A program made the position numbers and the translations under genes. The notes below the pieces were generated by a model, which did not search any database, was not told where the DNA came from, and worked only from the letters and a program-made list of their open reading frames with translations. From Iphione sp. A-MEVVRFRX5 (Eukaryota), in assembly GCA_976226885.1 (NCBI GenBank), contig OZ320318.1, positions 26,536,001 through 26,600,000 of the forward strand: a stretch of 64,000 nt of DNA, in the 5' to 3' direction. Positions 50,151 through 64,000 of the stretch are shown in pieces (position 1 is the stretch's first letter; each line of letters starts with the position of its first letter).

Positions 50151-53100
50151 TATTTTCTAGTTCTGGAGATTGGCAAATCATTATTGTTTACCACCCCATC
50201 GTTTCTTCGCGTTCCCATGAATTAACAGAAAGTATTTCTCGCCACGGCACTTAAGATTTTGCTACCAAGGAGAATAAGTAGCTAAATTTTGCACGGAAGC
50301 AAAACGGCAGGTCAAGTTTCAACTTATATGTTTATGACCAGCATGTTTTTAGGCTATGCAATATCCTTGGTACATACATTTTAATCAATCTGCTTGTACG
50401 TCTACCACACAGCCTCCACAATCTTCTCACATTGATATGATGCAGGAATGAATGGGTACGGGCTTCCCGGCCTCATCCCTTTGATGTAGATCCAGAGAAA
50501 ATTCCGGAATACTATTGGAATTATAGCCGGATGCTTCACTGTGTAGAAGTACGAGCGACTTCCAACGGAGAACCCGTTTTGGCGAATGAATTATGGAGCA
50601 GCAGATTACGTTCACTGATTAGGAGTGGAGCCACGCTCTCTTCTCCTCCTGTCTTTTTGGCGTCGTGTAGCGGCGCTAAAAGCCAGCGGCGAGAGGTGTC
50701 CATATTGCCAGACATCTTATATTCCCGACCGGAGTGAGAAAAGTTGAGGTAATTTCTGCCAAAAGATGTAGTGTACCCTCAGACTGATTCTACACGAGGG
50801 AGGTCAGCGCTGGTGTTCGCTATTCGTGGAGTTCATCTACAGAATCTAGCATAGTTATATAATTATGCAGGTTTATGTGAGAAATTTCCCAGACATGAAC
50901 GTTAATCATTGAGACATCCAATGAGGACACCGGGTACTGCTGAATTGAACTATATACATTGTACATAGTATGTATATAGTTGTACATATGTTAGAATTAA
51001 GATTGCCTGATGTAGAAATCTGTACTATGGCTGGCTCCAATTAGGGCCAGGATAAATAAAAGTTCAAAAAAAAGAACTGAATAGTTCTCTTATTTTGGTG
51101 ACACATGTGCATATTTTTCTCCAGGATTGTTTCAGACTGTAAAGTGTAAAGAACACACCATACGTTCGGAAACCTCAAAATGAGAAAAGTAAATATGAGA
51201 CCAATAGATGCCTTCTAACAATGTCGAACGCTGCGTGCACCATTGCCAGAACGTTTCAGCTATCTTCTTTGACTTTGTATAGGCCCCCAATATGCTGGAA
51301 TGTCCAGTTCCCGTTGTAAAGCATGGAATGCCAAAATAGGTACTACATCGCTTCTAGCATGTGGTTGCCAAAAATGAAGGTGTAGGTCTTTCCACCAGCC
51401 TACCTTGGCTGATCGTGTTTGCTAACTATTTAGATAAGAGCGTATTTGAAGAGCTACATTTACATGTAGACGGGTGTATGAAGCAGAGCCCGAGGGGACA
51501 TATTTATATTCATATATGTAATTATATAGGCCTACATGTCTGGATATCAAAAGGGTGAGGCGTTTCTTGCCACAAATGAGTGGAACCAGCTTCTCTATAT
51601 TTATGGTTGGTTGCAAAGATGTCTCGAACAAGCTTTATTTTTTCTTTTTTTTTCTAAATTCAAGGTGATTTGAATGAAAGTGATGAAGGACACAGCCATA
51701 CTGATGGGATTGACGGACGTAAACACTAACTGCCATGCAGGGAAGGACCTCTTTTGTGCAGACAAACATCGACCGGCCAATCCAGAGTGCCTTGTGAGGA
51801 CACTGGCGTGGACATTTCACCCAGTTAGGTGGACGAATCGCCCTCGCCTGGCTCTATACAGAGACGGCCGAGCGCCCTACCCAAACATGCGACCCGCCCG
51901 GCCCCTTTATGAGATGCAATCAGTTTCCGATCGTTGTCAGCTGGTAATCCTCGGTGGGCGAAGTTGGGGGTTGGCGCCCACATCACAGGCCGGTGTATCC
52001 CTGGGTTTACTGCTGGCGGCCGGCCCTACCGCAGTCTGGTCCAAGTATAGAGCCGTAGTCGGACGGGCGCCCACGAGGGCTACTCTCCCTCATCCAACAG
52101 GTCTTACACATGGCCGGTTGATGCATGCTGCGCCACCGGATGGCATCATTGGGTATTACCGGGAGCGGATGGGATGGAGGGGCGGGCTGGTTGTCTTTGT
52201 GTAATCACCCATCCATTCGTCGGGCTCTGAGGTCTTTTGTCTCTCGTCTTGCGCATTGCCGTCCTGCAACTGCTTAGCCGACGCCTCAATATTGCCATCT
52301 CCTGTGTGCTTTGAATTGGTCTTTTCAGCCAAATCGTACGGCTAACAGCAAAGAGGAATGAAATCATCCCAATAAAGTTTCCAGGCAAGCTCATCCAGCG
52401 ACGTTATTACACTCTTGGGACCACCAAGACGTGTTATCAGTTCGCCAAGTACGTGCGTATTTTTTCTACCGCGCAAACAAAATGAGAGTGAAAGTGTAAT
52501 CATTCCATTCCTTTAACGCTCCGATCTCACATCGAGGATTAATGTACATTTGTCTTCGGGTTTAAAGAGAGCACTTCATACAAGCTGATCTTTCAATTAC
52601 TATCAAAGCCCGAGCAGGCTTCCAACTTTAAGCAACTGCTTAGAATGACATATAGATAGCATGGGTACGGGGAAGAGTTGTCCTTATTGGACCTTAATCG
52701 TATGCTTAGAGGTATGGTAATGAAATACATGTAATTTGTGTCCTCAGGGATCGCTCAATGAGTTTCCGGCTTAGACAGGTGCTTTTCGAGATAGGAACAC
52801 AGCAATTGCAGGATGGAATATCACTTTCCTTGGGCAGGGCAGGCTCTCGATATATACATTCGTAAACCTTGGGGACAACCAGACAAGGATAATCTCCTAT
52901 CCCCTATCAATGTGTTCCATCATACTAGATACGCTTGTAGGACCGTCACAGCAATTGGTGAGCCGCTGGGTTTCCCACATAAGGATGCATATCTATGATG
53001 GCCGGGAGTTTAACTTCACCCACCAGCAGTAATCAACATGACCCTCAGGGATCGCTGTTTGTTGTAGTTAAAACAAGTACATGTACATGGAAGGAATGTC

Positions 53101-55797
53101 ATGCAGAAAATCCAGGAGGATATGAAAGTACACAAGACGGAGCGGACACTAGGAGGAAAATCGTTTACATCAAAAGCCGGCCTTACACTTGGAAAGGAAG
53201 CAAGTTTCTGTGCTACATTACTTCTATCTATCTAATCTCCATCCTTTTATGATATATCCATCTGTCACACATGTTCTTATCATTACGTTTTCACGAGGCC
53301 AAAGCCTTCTTCGTGGTTTGCTTCATTGCACATTTGAGGGATACCTTCTATTTTATGCATCCAAGTAGGAAACCGATCTTTATAAATTGCTTCTAACAAT
53401 GCTCTCATATTGGACCTCTCTGAGTGATCACCATCTAACGGACACGCTTTCATGATACACATTTCTCTCACGATTTCCCTATTTATCTAGTTGTTACTAT
53501 CCAGGCAGAAGTGACTAAATTAAGATGTTATACAATCACTGCCATCTCTTGCGACCGAACTATTGTTGCTGTTCTCCATTTACTGGTGATGTAGAGCCAT
53601 TTTGTTAGACCTGGAGCACACATCACTTTTACCGACTGGGCCCACGACATTTATGACTTCAGTGTAAGGGTGTTTCGGTTCAATTCTATCAATAGACCCT
53701 TGTAATCGGGATTTAACTGGGAATTCCTCGTGAAGGTAAATAGGCGTCATATCAACAGTGCTGCAGGATTTTATTCAGGTTGACTTTATAGCTTGAAATG
53801 CTTTTCGATCAACAACATACGCAACGAGATTAATTAAAGTAAGAAACATAACGAAACGATGAGGATGTAGTGCAGTATGCGAGTATCCTTCACTATACAA
53901 GTGTTAGATTGATATATACATGGGCCTGTATTCCAATTCATGCGCAATTCTATCTAGACATCATATTAAATGGCATCTGACCAAGCTCAATGACTTAATA
54001 ACTTTTGCACAGTTCTACCATCGGCACAAAGCAATAACAGCTACACAATAAGAAATTCTAATATCATCCTTCATGATGATTAACCATAGAATTTGATATA
54101 CGCCTTACTTCTCACGATCACTGACCTGTGAAAGCACAGTCGATTCATTTTATGCCTTTTCGTCGAGTTCGCATCTATAGTCTCCCACCACTGTGTATCT
54201 GGAAGGAGATGGGATCAGATTTAAATTTCGATACGATACGTACATGATACATTAGAAAACGTTAAAACATGGGTACCTTTTATCATTTAACTAGAAGAAA
54301 TAAGTAAAGGAAACTACTTTATAAGCTGTCGTTTGAAAGATAGATGCCGAGAATTCTTCATTTAGAGAGCGGAATATGTCTTGCATAGAGATTATTTATA
54401 TTTCAGATGGATCAATAAAACGACATTTACCATTCCATTAGGCAATATATAAAGCAATTCAGTTTACTCGGTTGCGATTTGATTCAGAGCAATCCTATTT
54501 CACAGCGAGGTGCAAGCGGTCTCCATAAACACTTTGATTTCAATCTTGAGGCAAATCTGTTTACAATTTAACTCTAAAAGCGTCGCCCAGAAGGTATCAA
54601 CTTTTGAAGCAGCAGAAATCAAATACCACCTTGAGGGTCTTGTTTGCGTCGTCACTTAAAACGTGTGGCCCTCTCGATTTTATCCTTTCATCTACCTTAT
54701 TTATTTCTTGTCGTTTGAAAGACGTGGACGACAAAGAAGAAAAAAGTTTCTCACTAGCGTTTTGATACCCACCCTCATTTCTTGTACATGTACTTGGGAC
54801 GAAACTAGTATTTCTAGAACATGAGTTCATTGTTTACATCACCCAGTAATAAAGCAACTCATAATACCCGAGTCCGCTAATAAAGAATCTATAAATGGCG
54901 TGATTGCTGGTGCCGGATTCGTTAGGAGCTGTCCTCGTTTGGGGAGAGCCCCCGTCCGTGTCTTGGTCCATTTGTGGCCAGCCCCTCTGTTGTGGCTAAT
55001 TTGATAGACAGGCCGGCGTATGCCGATATGTAGACCCTATCACACGGTGCTATCATAACACGAATCCTGTTGACATTGACGTAAATTATCACGGAAAAAT
55101 GATATACGTTATTTAGTCACTATTGAGACAAATAAAGAAAAGCCCATAATGTGAAGATTCGTAGCCAAATGTAATCAGTATTCGCCGACTAATATATATA
55201 TGGTTATTTAATGACGACCTTTCTTTCAATGATACATATCTAAAAGGGCTCTTGTGATTCAGTAGGGAGCTTGGTAGTTATTTGGACTGCTCCTAATCGT
55301 CCCTAGTGTGGCAGCTTATTGAAGGAAAGGATTCATGTACAGGAGCTTGCTGGTGCGTCAACACACGGTAGAGCTACTAATGTCGAAATGGCATGACTCT
55401 CGTGAGCTGCTCACCCGTTTTGAACGGCCTGGCACTAACATCAATGGCGAGCACGAGGCGTGAGCAGCTCAACACTGTGTTCTACTGTTTACAGACGTGC
55501 CCCACCATCCCCGGCGCACTACGGGCAGTTTGGGAAGAGGCGAGGGGAGGGTGGGCTAAAGCACACCAATGAGAAAAAAGGGAACAGCCATAGGCACCTG
55601 CTCAAGGTGTATGTCATATACTAGGTTGTCAGACTACATGGCGTGTCAGAAACGGCGGCCCCCCCCCCGGGGAGGGGGGTATCCTCCTATGTTAAATGAA
55701 TTGACTTCTCAGTATCACTGTCGTCGTCTCTGCTTAAAACAAGACATAACTTAAGCCGCTTATTTGTTTGCTTCCGGACCATAAGATCTAATTAACT

Positions 55798-57200
55798 GGA
55801 TGCCCAGAGACTATAGGAAGTCACAGTGTTATTTGCTTGCGGAAATTAATACCTACCGTAGAAGTCCTGCTTTATCTGACAAATACATGTGTGCGACTTG
55901 ACGTTCACAGCATCACTCAATCCTCAATAGACCAATATTAATGGGTATTTTGCAGTTTCAATATACAAGTTGTCAGTGGATTCCTGCATCATAGATGTGG
56001 AAAAAAGGAATGTACATTAATGACAATGCCGCCACTGCGACTGCTCCATTGAGGCTCTGTTCCCTACCTCCCTCATCAACGGCCCTGTTGCCTTTCTCAC
56101 TTGTCATCAGAACAGTTTGTTTATATCACTCCTCTTCCTTTGCCTGTCTGCTGTCCTGTCACCTCCATCAGCTGCCTTCCTTCTGTCATCATAACACTGG
56201 AAACTAGGGATGCACAGAGACCATAGCAAGTCACAATCTGATTTGCATGTGGAGATTAATCCCTACCTTTGAAGTAAATCAACCTGGGAAGGAACTGCAA
56301 GCTCTGAGATACAGTCAATATCTGGTTTATCAGATTTTGTCTGACTACAGCAATAGTCTCTAGCTTTCGGGTTTGTGTGCCGCTTTACTTGAAAAGTCAT
56401 TTAAGAGTCGTTTTTGTTGATTGGGAAATCAAATAGTAGTAAAGAGTGCACACTGGAAATATATGTAATTAGGCAAATATCACAAATATTAAAAGTGGTG
56501 ATTAAAAGTGAAATTCTAATAAAGGTCCCTGCAGCGGCAACATGTTAAAAGGTAATATCACAGCTTCAGTCACTCGCGGAATCACATTTTGGAGTAAATA
56601 GTAATATCAAATAGCAATCAGAACAGATTAAATGGAAGTATCACAATCCAGTGATTGTAGCTCGTTACGCACTCTCGAAGAGGTACGGCTGTTGTGAGCA
56701 AACTGTCTATGGAAAAGAATGGGAGGTTGTAGAATACCTGAATCATGGCAGCCATGCTGTCCCATGGTCAGGAGTAGTGTCCTCAAAGCTGGGTGGTGCC
56801 AACAGGACTATATGCAGCAACTATTCGGGGATGCTCATCTGTGAGGGAGAGGTGGTGGCTGCTGGTGGTGTCATCATGCCCACGCTGGTGGTTGACCGGC
56901 TCACAGCAGCAGTGTTGGCAACCTTCACCCATCTGCTGCCCTGCCGCCTGATAATCTACCCTGAGAGTGTCAAAGACCAGTTTTATCTGACAAAGCTCTC
57001 ATGTAGTTGACGTTCACAGGAATAACCAAAGCTCAATAGGACTAATGCTAATGGATATTTTGAAGTTTCAGTATACAATAGGTGGTCAATACATTGTTCC
57101 ATCATAGATGCAACAATGAATACTGTCACAATTACTGCCGGATGGAGGCTCTGTTGCTTGCCTCCCTCGTCCGTCGATGACCCCGTTACTTTCCTTGGAT
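55798..57200. repeat. Diverged local direct repeats (2 long copies + 1 partial)
   Basis: About 55866-56080 aligns with about 56980-57190 (tttatctgacaaa, ttgacgttcacag, ctcaatag, catcatagatg, gaggctctgtt). About 55800-55858 aligns with about 56210-56268. Confidence 0.7.
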
Positions 57201-60099
57201 GCCTTGGTTCATATTGGAGAGAGCTGTGCCACTACTTGTTCAATACGAGAAAGCAGAGCTACCCAGACTTTCACGGTTGTACACGCAATAATTACCCTTA
57301 TGCTAATCTTTCTAGTCTAGCTTAAGTGGCTCATATGCCAGAGCTATGGTACCTGCCTCATTAGCTCATAACACTTAGCATACCAACTCTTGTAATATCC
57401 TCTTCGATGTGCGTGTATTGTAACTGCTTATTCCTCTGTGCATCCCAGTTGATAATAGATGTTCAAATGTCAAGTTTAGAAAGAAAACAGGTATAAACAT
57501 TGGTTTATCAGCGCACAAGGCGCGCAAATTGTCAAATTCTAAATGACAATTGTGTCATGATAGCATTATCCTCATATTCCACATCCTTATAAAGACAATT
57601 TAAGCAAATAATAACCCGTGTCAGAACATGAACTTGGAATGTAATCTACGAAGTGATCCGAATTTCCTAAGCTTATGTCTATATATAATTCCTGTATCTC
57701 TATGCTAATTTCCAGATGATAAATATACCCTTCCTCCTGTTCAGACGCATTAATCTTCTATATTATTGACACCCCTAGGTGTGCAGACGGCTCTCTGCAG
57801 AAACTGAACTTTCTAATCTAAGAAAAAGATTTTTTTCTCCTCATATATAGTATTGAAACGGTCCAAATTGTAGCCCCGGGCTCCAGAAACCGGTCTACAA
57901 ATTTGCACGAGATGGTATACTGAAAGGGCCCATTCAATAGGTCGTGGGGATGACATTCATGTCTCTATGTAACGCTCCAAGCAATCAGCCCATATCCGCC
58001 ATCATTGAAAGCCCCCCTCCCCCCGGAGGAGATCTCATATACGGGGACAGCATATTAATATGCAGCATTATATTTATTTGCTGCTATATTGCCGTTATTG
58101 AACAGTTCCCTGTGGTGACTGTAGGCTCCATGCTGATATATAATTGATATTGATTCTGCCTGCTATCAGACGTCCTCCGCTCAGGGGGGACAATCATTTC
58201 ACGCTCAGACCACACCTCCACAAATCACATGCTGCAAGAATTGATGAGCAAGACAGAACACGGTCTGCTTGCAGACATCACTAATCCGCAATCATACATT
58301 TCATGGCTCCTGACTGGCAAATCTTTAATGCATATTTGATTAGAAGAGGAGTATATCGATCATGTTAGACTACTGCAGGCCCTTACAGCATTTTCGACTT
58401 TGAAGCTACCTTACATGTTTGGCCTTCTTCGTTCGATCGGTAAATCGTATCAGGAGAAAGGGTCCACTGAACGCTATTTACGCCAGCAATATCCTTTGAC
58501 ATTCCTTGTCGCTTTCAGTAAATAGAACTACTGACTTGTCTGTACCGCCTTCGCTGAGAAGCTCGACCGAAGGGATAGGGGAGCGACGTTTCATCGTGGC
58601 GGGCAATTATGTAAATCAGCTAAGGTTCTTATCGACCAGCGATTCCAGGAGCGTCATAATCTGAAACAGTACGTAATCATTCCTATCACCAGATACATGG
58701 AAAGGCAATGGAAGAGACTAATCCATTGTCTATATAACGGTTGTTTCTCACAATCTGTACATGGTTCCTGGTATTGCCATGAGATCACGGTACATGGTGC
58801 TGGTGAAAATCACGGTAATAGCATGGAAAAGCTATAATTGTATCAATTATCTCTGCACAAATTAAAATATAGTCCACCGTAGTATACAATCCCATATAAT
58901 TTTAAAATATTGCCACAAAAAGCCGTTTCTACTGGGTGGATTTATTAGAGAATAAAGCCCTTGGGGACACAAAGTGCGGTATTTGCTTGTTTGTTATCTC
59001 TTTATCATATAAAGAGAACTTATGTCCTAGATGTTGGAGAATGTCATGTAACACCTGTCAGTAAAGTTGAAGAAACTCCACTTGCTCACTCTTTATCTCC
59101 TTCTCTTGGTGTGCAGTGTTACGAGTAGAAATCCTTCATGTCCTCTCATAGAAACTGTGTCAACAATCTGCTAAAAAGGGTTTGAAGGAAATAAAAGAGG
59201 AAACTTCGCAGACGACCACCCCATACTAATAAAAACGTTGGTGGAACACTTCGCTACAGAAACCAAACACGAATCCTGCCCGACATGGCATTGCTATCAT
59301 AAACATTAATCATAATGATTACACTGTTTTTTAGGTGATCAAAAAACCTGTACTTCCGAGAGTACCGAGCGTTTGTGAGGAGCGCTGGAAATAAGGATCT
59401 TGTTGTCGACTCCAGGCTTCTACTTGAGATAATGAATATTCCAACTTCAAAAACCTAGGGCTTGTAATATGAGTGTTTAAATTGAGTGACACGAGTAATC
59501 TGATGAAATTTCCACAAATCTGTCCTAATGAAACGGCACATGAAGCTGGTTATGTTGAATTACTAGTGATGTTAAGGTAGCAACCGGTGTATTAATACGA
59601 TTTCCTAAATGTGGTTCCAAGTATTTCCAATATAAACTACCCTGCAATAGTGTCCTAGAGCAATGTTGATTAGAGGTAATTAGTACTGTTACATTATATA
59701 TTTAGTCCTACGGCATAAAAAGGGACATTGTCGGTTTTCTACCGATCTATCCGTTAAACGTTTACGTCTGTATTTAGACAAGTGACATGAACTGTGTACA
59801 GAACTCCATCGCAATTGTATGCAGCTTTTTGAGTTTGTTGATAACAGGCGACTAGTATGAGAATGCTTTGGCTGAAATACCTGTGCCGACAGTCAGGCAA
59901 GGACTTGAGCTATACTCTGATTTATCCTAAACCTTATTTTCCACAAAAAAGTTAATTCTCTTCATGTTCCCAGTCAGAAGAATCCAACTAGGAAGGTTCT
60001 ACGATTGTTGGTCTAGAAATGTGTTTTTATGCCAAGAGAAATGACTTCCTGTTTCTTCATACTTATCACTATAAACTGCTGGATTGAACGCATTTGTTT

Positions 60100-60590
60100 A
60101 TATTTAAGGACTTTAAACTTATATTTGAAAAATGCTTCAAAGGTTTTTGTTTTTATAAGACAACATGGCTGAAAATATTTGTTTTTCTCAACTCAGTAAA
60201 TCTGGAAAATGTTCCTGATTTTTTTTAAATATCGACATATTTGAAAAAATGCTTCACTTTTATCATCTATATGTATATAACTACGAATGCTTAAGAATTG
60301 GTCTGTCTCACTCCATACATCTGATAAAACCTTAACTCTGGTGTATTTATTGGATATACCTGAAAAATGCTCTAAACCTTAGTTCTTGAACTCCTTATGG
60401 CTGAAACTGCTTACATTTTTTATTTTCGTTTTCATTTTCGTTTTTTATTTCATTGTATCTTGTAATATAGTCACCTACCTATTCACCTATGATCAGGACG
60501 GGCTTGAGTTCTATAAACTTCACATATCTTGAAACATGTTTCAAACTTGAACTCTTTTAACTCTGTATATCCGGAAACTGCTGCATGGGA
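60100..60590. repeat. Degenerate AT-rich tandem repeat
   Basis: Recurring tgaaaaatgct(t)c, atggctgaaa and ttgaactc words. Confidence 0.5.
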
Positions 60591-63500
60591 AATGAGGAAG
60601 GCAGATGAAGGCAGTAGGGACCTACAGACAGACGTATAGCGCGGTCATGAAAAGAGAAATTTAACCCTGTGAGCTAGACCCGTTTTAAATTACTGCCGTC
60701 GTAGGTTACATCCCGCTTCCTGATTCTGATGTAATATTATACAATGGTCAACATAGGATGTAATACTTGAGTGGTCTCACCTACGTGTTCAACCAACGTG
60801 AGGATGTACTGCAGCCTGTACACACGTTATCTGAATGTCCAATGCGATCTTCTTGTACCTCAATAAATTATTTGAGGCCTGTATTTAAGTAGAGACGAGT
60901 GCACTTGCCTATGCAAACGTCGTTTGCCATTTCTCTCAAGAAGTGTTGAAGGACATGCCTGAGGAAAAACCTGGGTACTCGTTTCCTGCCTCATGGCACT
61001 TCCTTGAGAAGTATGGGTTTTCTTAATGTCATCCTGTTCTCCCTCTTATCATATCCACCATACCTGACCAGGACTTCCACAAAAACAATATCCCGTCACT
61101 CTGGCGTCTTCAGTGCGTTGTTTTTGCCTCTCAGTGTCATCGTCATTGCATTGATTTTCCTTGTTAGGCTGATACGGACAGGTTAGCTGAATGGCGCCAC
61201 ATGTCGCTGTCGGGCATGCTATTCGCCGGCGGATAGATAGCTAACTAAGAGAGGATTATCCACGTCTGATCCATGGGACTAATGATGATCTGCCAGCCCA
61301 CGGGGCCTTCCACCCCCACCCAGCCCCACCCACCCCCACATTCTGTGTATTTCTTACCCTGAGTCTCTTGTCAGACGAATGCCCAGACATGCCACGTCCC
61401 CTAATCTCCAAAGAGGCAATTCAGAGACCTGTTTTACGTAGGACCCTAATCATACTTTCGTGAATTACTGCAATTTGTTGTCACATCTGCGCCCATTTCC
61501 CAGCTGCAAGTATCAGGAAGTTCCCTTGGAGGAATATGTATTCAGAATCTTTGACTTAGCTGTCAGAAAAACAACCCATGCCTTTCGGTGCACTTGTTAA
61601 ATCCAATGCAATGGCGACAGGAAGAATGACAGCTGCCATAACTATATCAAATATTTTCAATAAGGCCTCGGTTAAATAACCGGATTCTATGCTCGCGAGA
61701 ACAATCATTCTACAAATTTCATCTCGAGGAAGACTGACTCAGCGGAATTTGCATTAATCGTCCGACTTTAAAACAAATTAAAAGCCCAGCGATGTTCGAC
61801 CGTGCTTTAGTAACCTTTGATTGAATTAGAAATATTCGGAATTTCCCAGCCGTGCCGGGGTCGTAAGCATGCATTTACATGCACTGTGCAGTGCTTAAAA
61901 GATTAAATGAATGGTAGATACAGCGAAGTATGTGTTCACGTAGGGACATTCTGGCTTTCGATAAAAGTTTATGTATTGTGCTATAAGCCTTTCCATAACG
62001 ACGTTCTTGTGTTAGACTACATCATATCATTGATCCTCCTGGTATGAGCAGCGCAGTCAACCTATCTAGCAAAAACAGATAAATCAATCCAGGCATTCCT
62101 GACTGTCTATGCGGTAATATCGTGTAATTAGACAGGACAAGCCTCAATTTTAAGAGGTACTATACATGGATTTGCGCCTTATAATAGAGAGATGCCGTCA
62201 TTTGCCTGTTGTGGGCTGATTAATGCGATGTGGCACCATTTTGGTCGGTACGCGTCTTTGAAAGATGAAGCATGGGGTCATCAGAGTTTCCTTCGGTTGG
62301 ACAATCCAAACGTCGCTCCTCTGCGATGGCTTTTTGACCCGGGGCGGCGCCCCACTTCCTCTTTCAGGCGTCTATTGGCTACATTAAACCTTGATTACGA
62401 TGTGTGGCAGCTGGCGGTCGCCTGCTGAGGGCGAGGGAGGACTCACGGCTTTTAGCATGATCAGTGCTCGACACGGCCTGCGGTTGTGTCGATCAGCAGA
62501 AGGCAATCACGGGGGCCGCAGGCACCGACGTGAATTTGCGTCTCTCTGTGTGATGTGTATTAGACTGTCTCCGCATTCTTCTACACAGAGCGTTAGGCTA
62601 CTTGGCTTCGGTAAGAGGAGTGGGTCTTCCATCAACACCAATCATGTGATTACACCTCACGGTGTTCTCCTTGTAACACGAACACACCTCTATCGGTGTA
62701 GATAACGTGTGAGCAGCTCACTAAGAGATGGCGGTCTCATGAGCAACTGCGCCTTTCCTAAACCATGGGGCAAACCGAATACCCGCCCAGATATCTTAAT
62801 TAAAACTCGCAATGTGATCGACACAGCTCAGTGGACATGTATAGCTATTCCCGCAACTATTCATTACAGCCCTATGCGTCTATGTCTGAATTGAACTGCC
62901 ACACATAAAGCATTTCATTTTCACAACAGCAACATATACAGGTGTGCTATACACCATACTGTTCTCAACATAGGATGCAAAAAAAAAACAAGACGAGTTG
63001 AAAACTCCTGTCAACCATCAGTGTAATATCTCATGGTTCAACGTGCGATTTAAATACTTATACCAATTGTTTTTTGAGAGAAGCATTAATCGCATTAATC
63101 TGAGCAGCTCTGGAGTTGTTAACTGTAAAAGCGACATTTGAAATGGAAGCAAAACTATCAAACTCTATAGAGCAAGTATGCTTTTTGGAAATTATCAAAT
63201 TACTGTTGTTCTGCTTTACGTTGAACGGAGAAGTAGGAACTGCAGTGCAGTTGGGTACATTTGCACATAACATACAAAAGCAACACAGTAATTTTACCAG
63301 GAAGTTCATGCCGCTCCCAGGTTGTGTCGCTTGCAAACAGGAAATAGCATCAGCTAACTGGTAAGCATGGATGAAAGGGCTCTGGAACGTGCTGAATAGA
63401 GTGCAAAGGAATAAGGCATGGAGCCAAATGCTAATAATGTTTAGCAAACATTTTAAACGGATTGAAGTGAATATCATGCATTTGATGTGCCAATGATGAC

Positions 63501-64000
63501 TAAATAACACGTGATTAATGCATGGTTTTATAATCTACTGGTGTTTATGTTCTGTTCTCCGTGACGATGTGCGCGTGTTTCGCTTCTGAAAGGCTTTCAC
63601 GTGAGTGGTCATGAGGTATACTAACGCGTCTACGGTACTGACACGGTAATCTGCCCATACACAGCTTTTCTATTAAAGAAACGTGACGCTTCTGAATGCT
63701 GCCAATCTGTGCTAGTGCCAAGTGACACCCGACCGCCGTTGACACATGTAAGAGATGGTACCCTCGGTCTAGGTTAGCCTGCAATTGCGAGCCAACGCAG
63801 GTTACAGGAGCTGCTTTCAGGAGCAAGGGTCCTGCGCTTAGAAGGAGTAATGCAAATACCGTGTCAGGGGAGGACAGACAAGTACTAGACACTAGCTTCT
63901 TGAGTGTACTTACATGTCAGTGTCCGCTAGATTGAATGGCCCATTCGAGGGGGGTTTTGCAAGGCCATCCCTTGTCTGAGTTGAGTTTGAGGAGGTCTCA

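Noticed and set aside
51674-52204. 176-aa ORF in a GC-rich patch
   Set aside because: No recognisable domain in any of the six frames and no clear splice context. Probably repeat debris.
63058-63892. Minus-strand ORFs of 150 and 115 aa near the window end
   Set aside because: No convincing motif; the LQANLD/GPLL words have the wrong spacing for a LINE RT.

Overview
Animal genomic DNA, probably amphioxus/cephalochordate. This is an inference from a PRR16/INSYN1-type gene and the AT-rich MITE/LINE landscape; it is not proven. (1) About 0.6-18 kb, + strand: an array of at least 7 intact, stop-terminated cassettes. Each has a pyrimidine-rich AG splice acceptor in phase 0 with the finger frame, a short unique linker and 1-2 C2H2/C2HC zinc fingers. 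About 9 decayed copies of the same cassette type lie between and beyond them. This is the architecture of mutually exclusive alternative last exons of one gene whose constant exons lie upstream of the window (lola/mod(mdg4)/broad/fruitless-like), apparently in a chordate and under birth-and-death turnover. (2) 26.7-28.5 kb, - strand: a single large coding exon for a PRR16 (Largen)/INSYN1-family protein, convergent with the array. (3) 29-64 kb: no recognisable intact gene, only MITE and LINE remnants, microsatellites, several CpG/TF-motif clusters and a 147-N assembly gap. No rRNA, tRNA or CRISPR array could be supported. All homology calls come from recalled motifs, not database searches.
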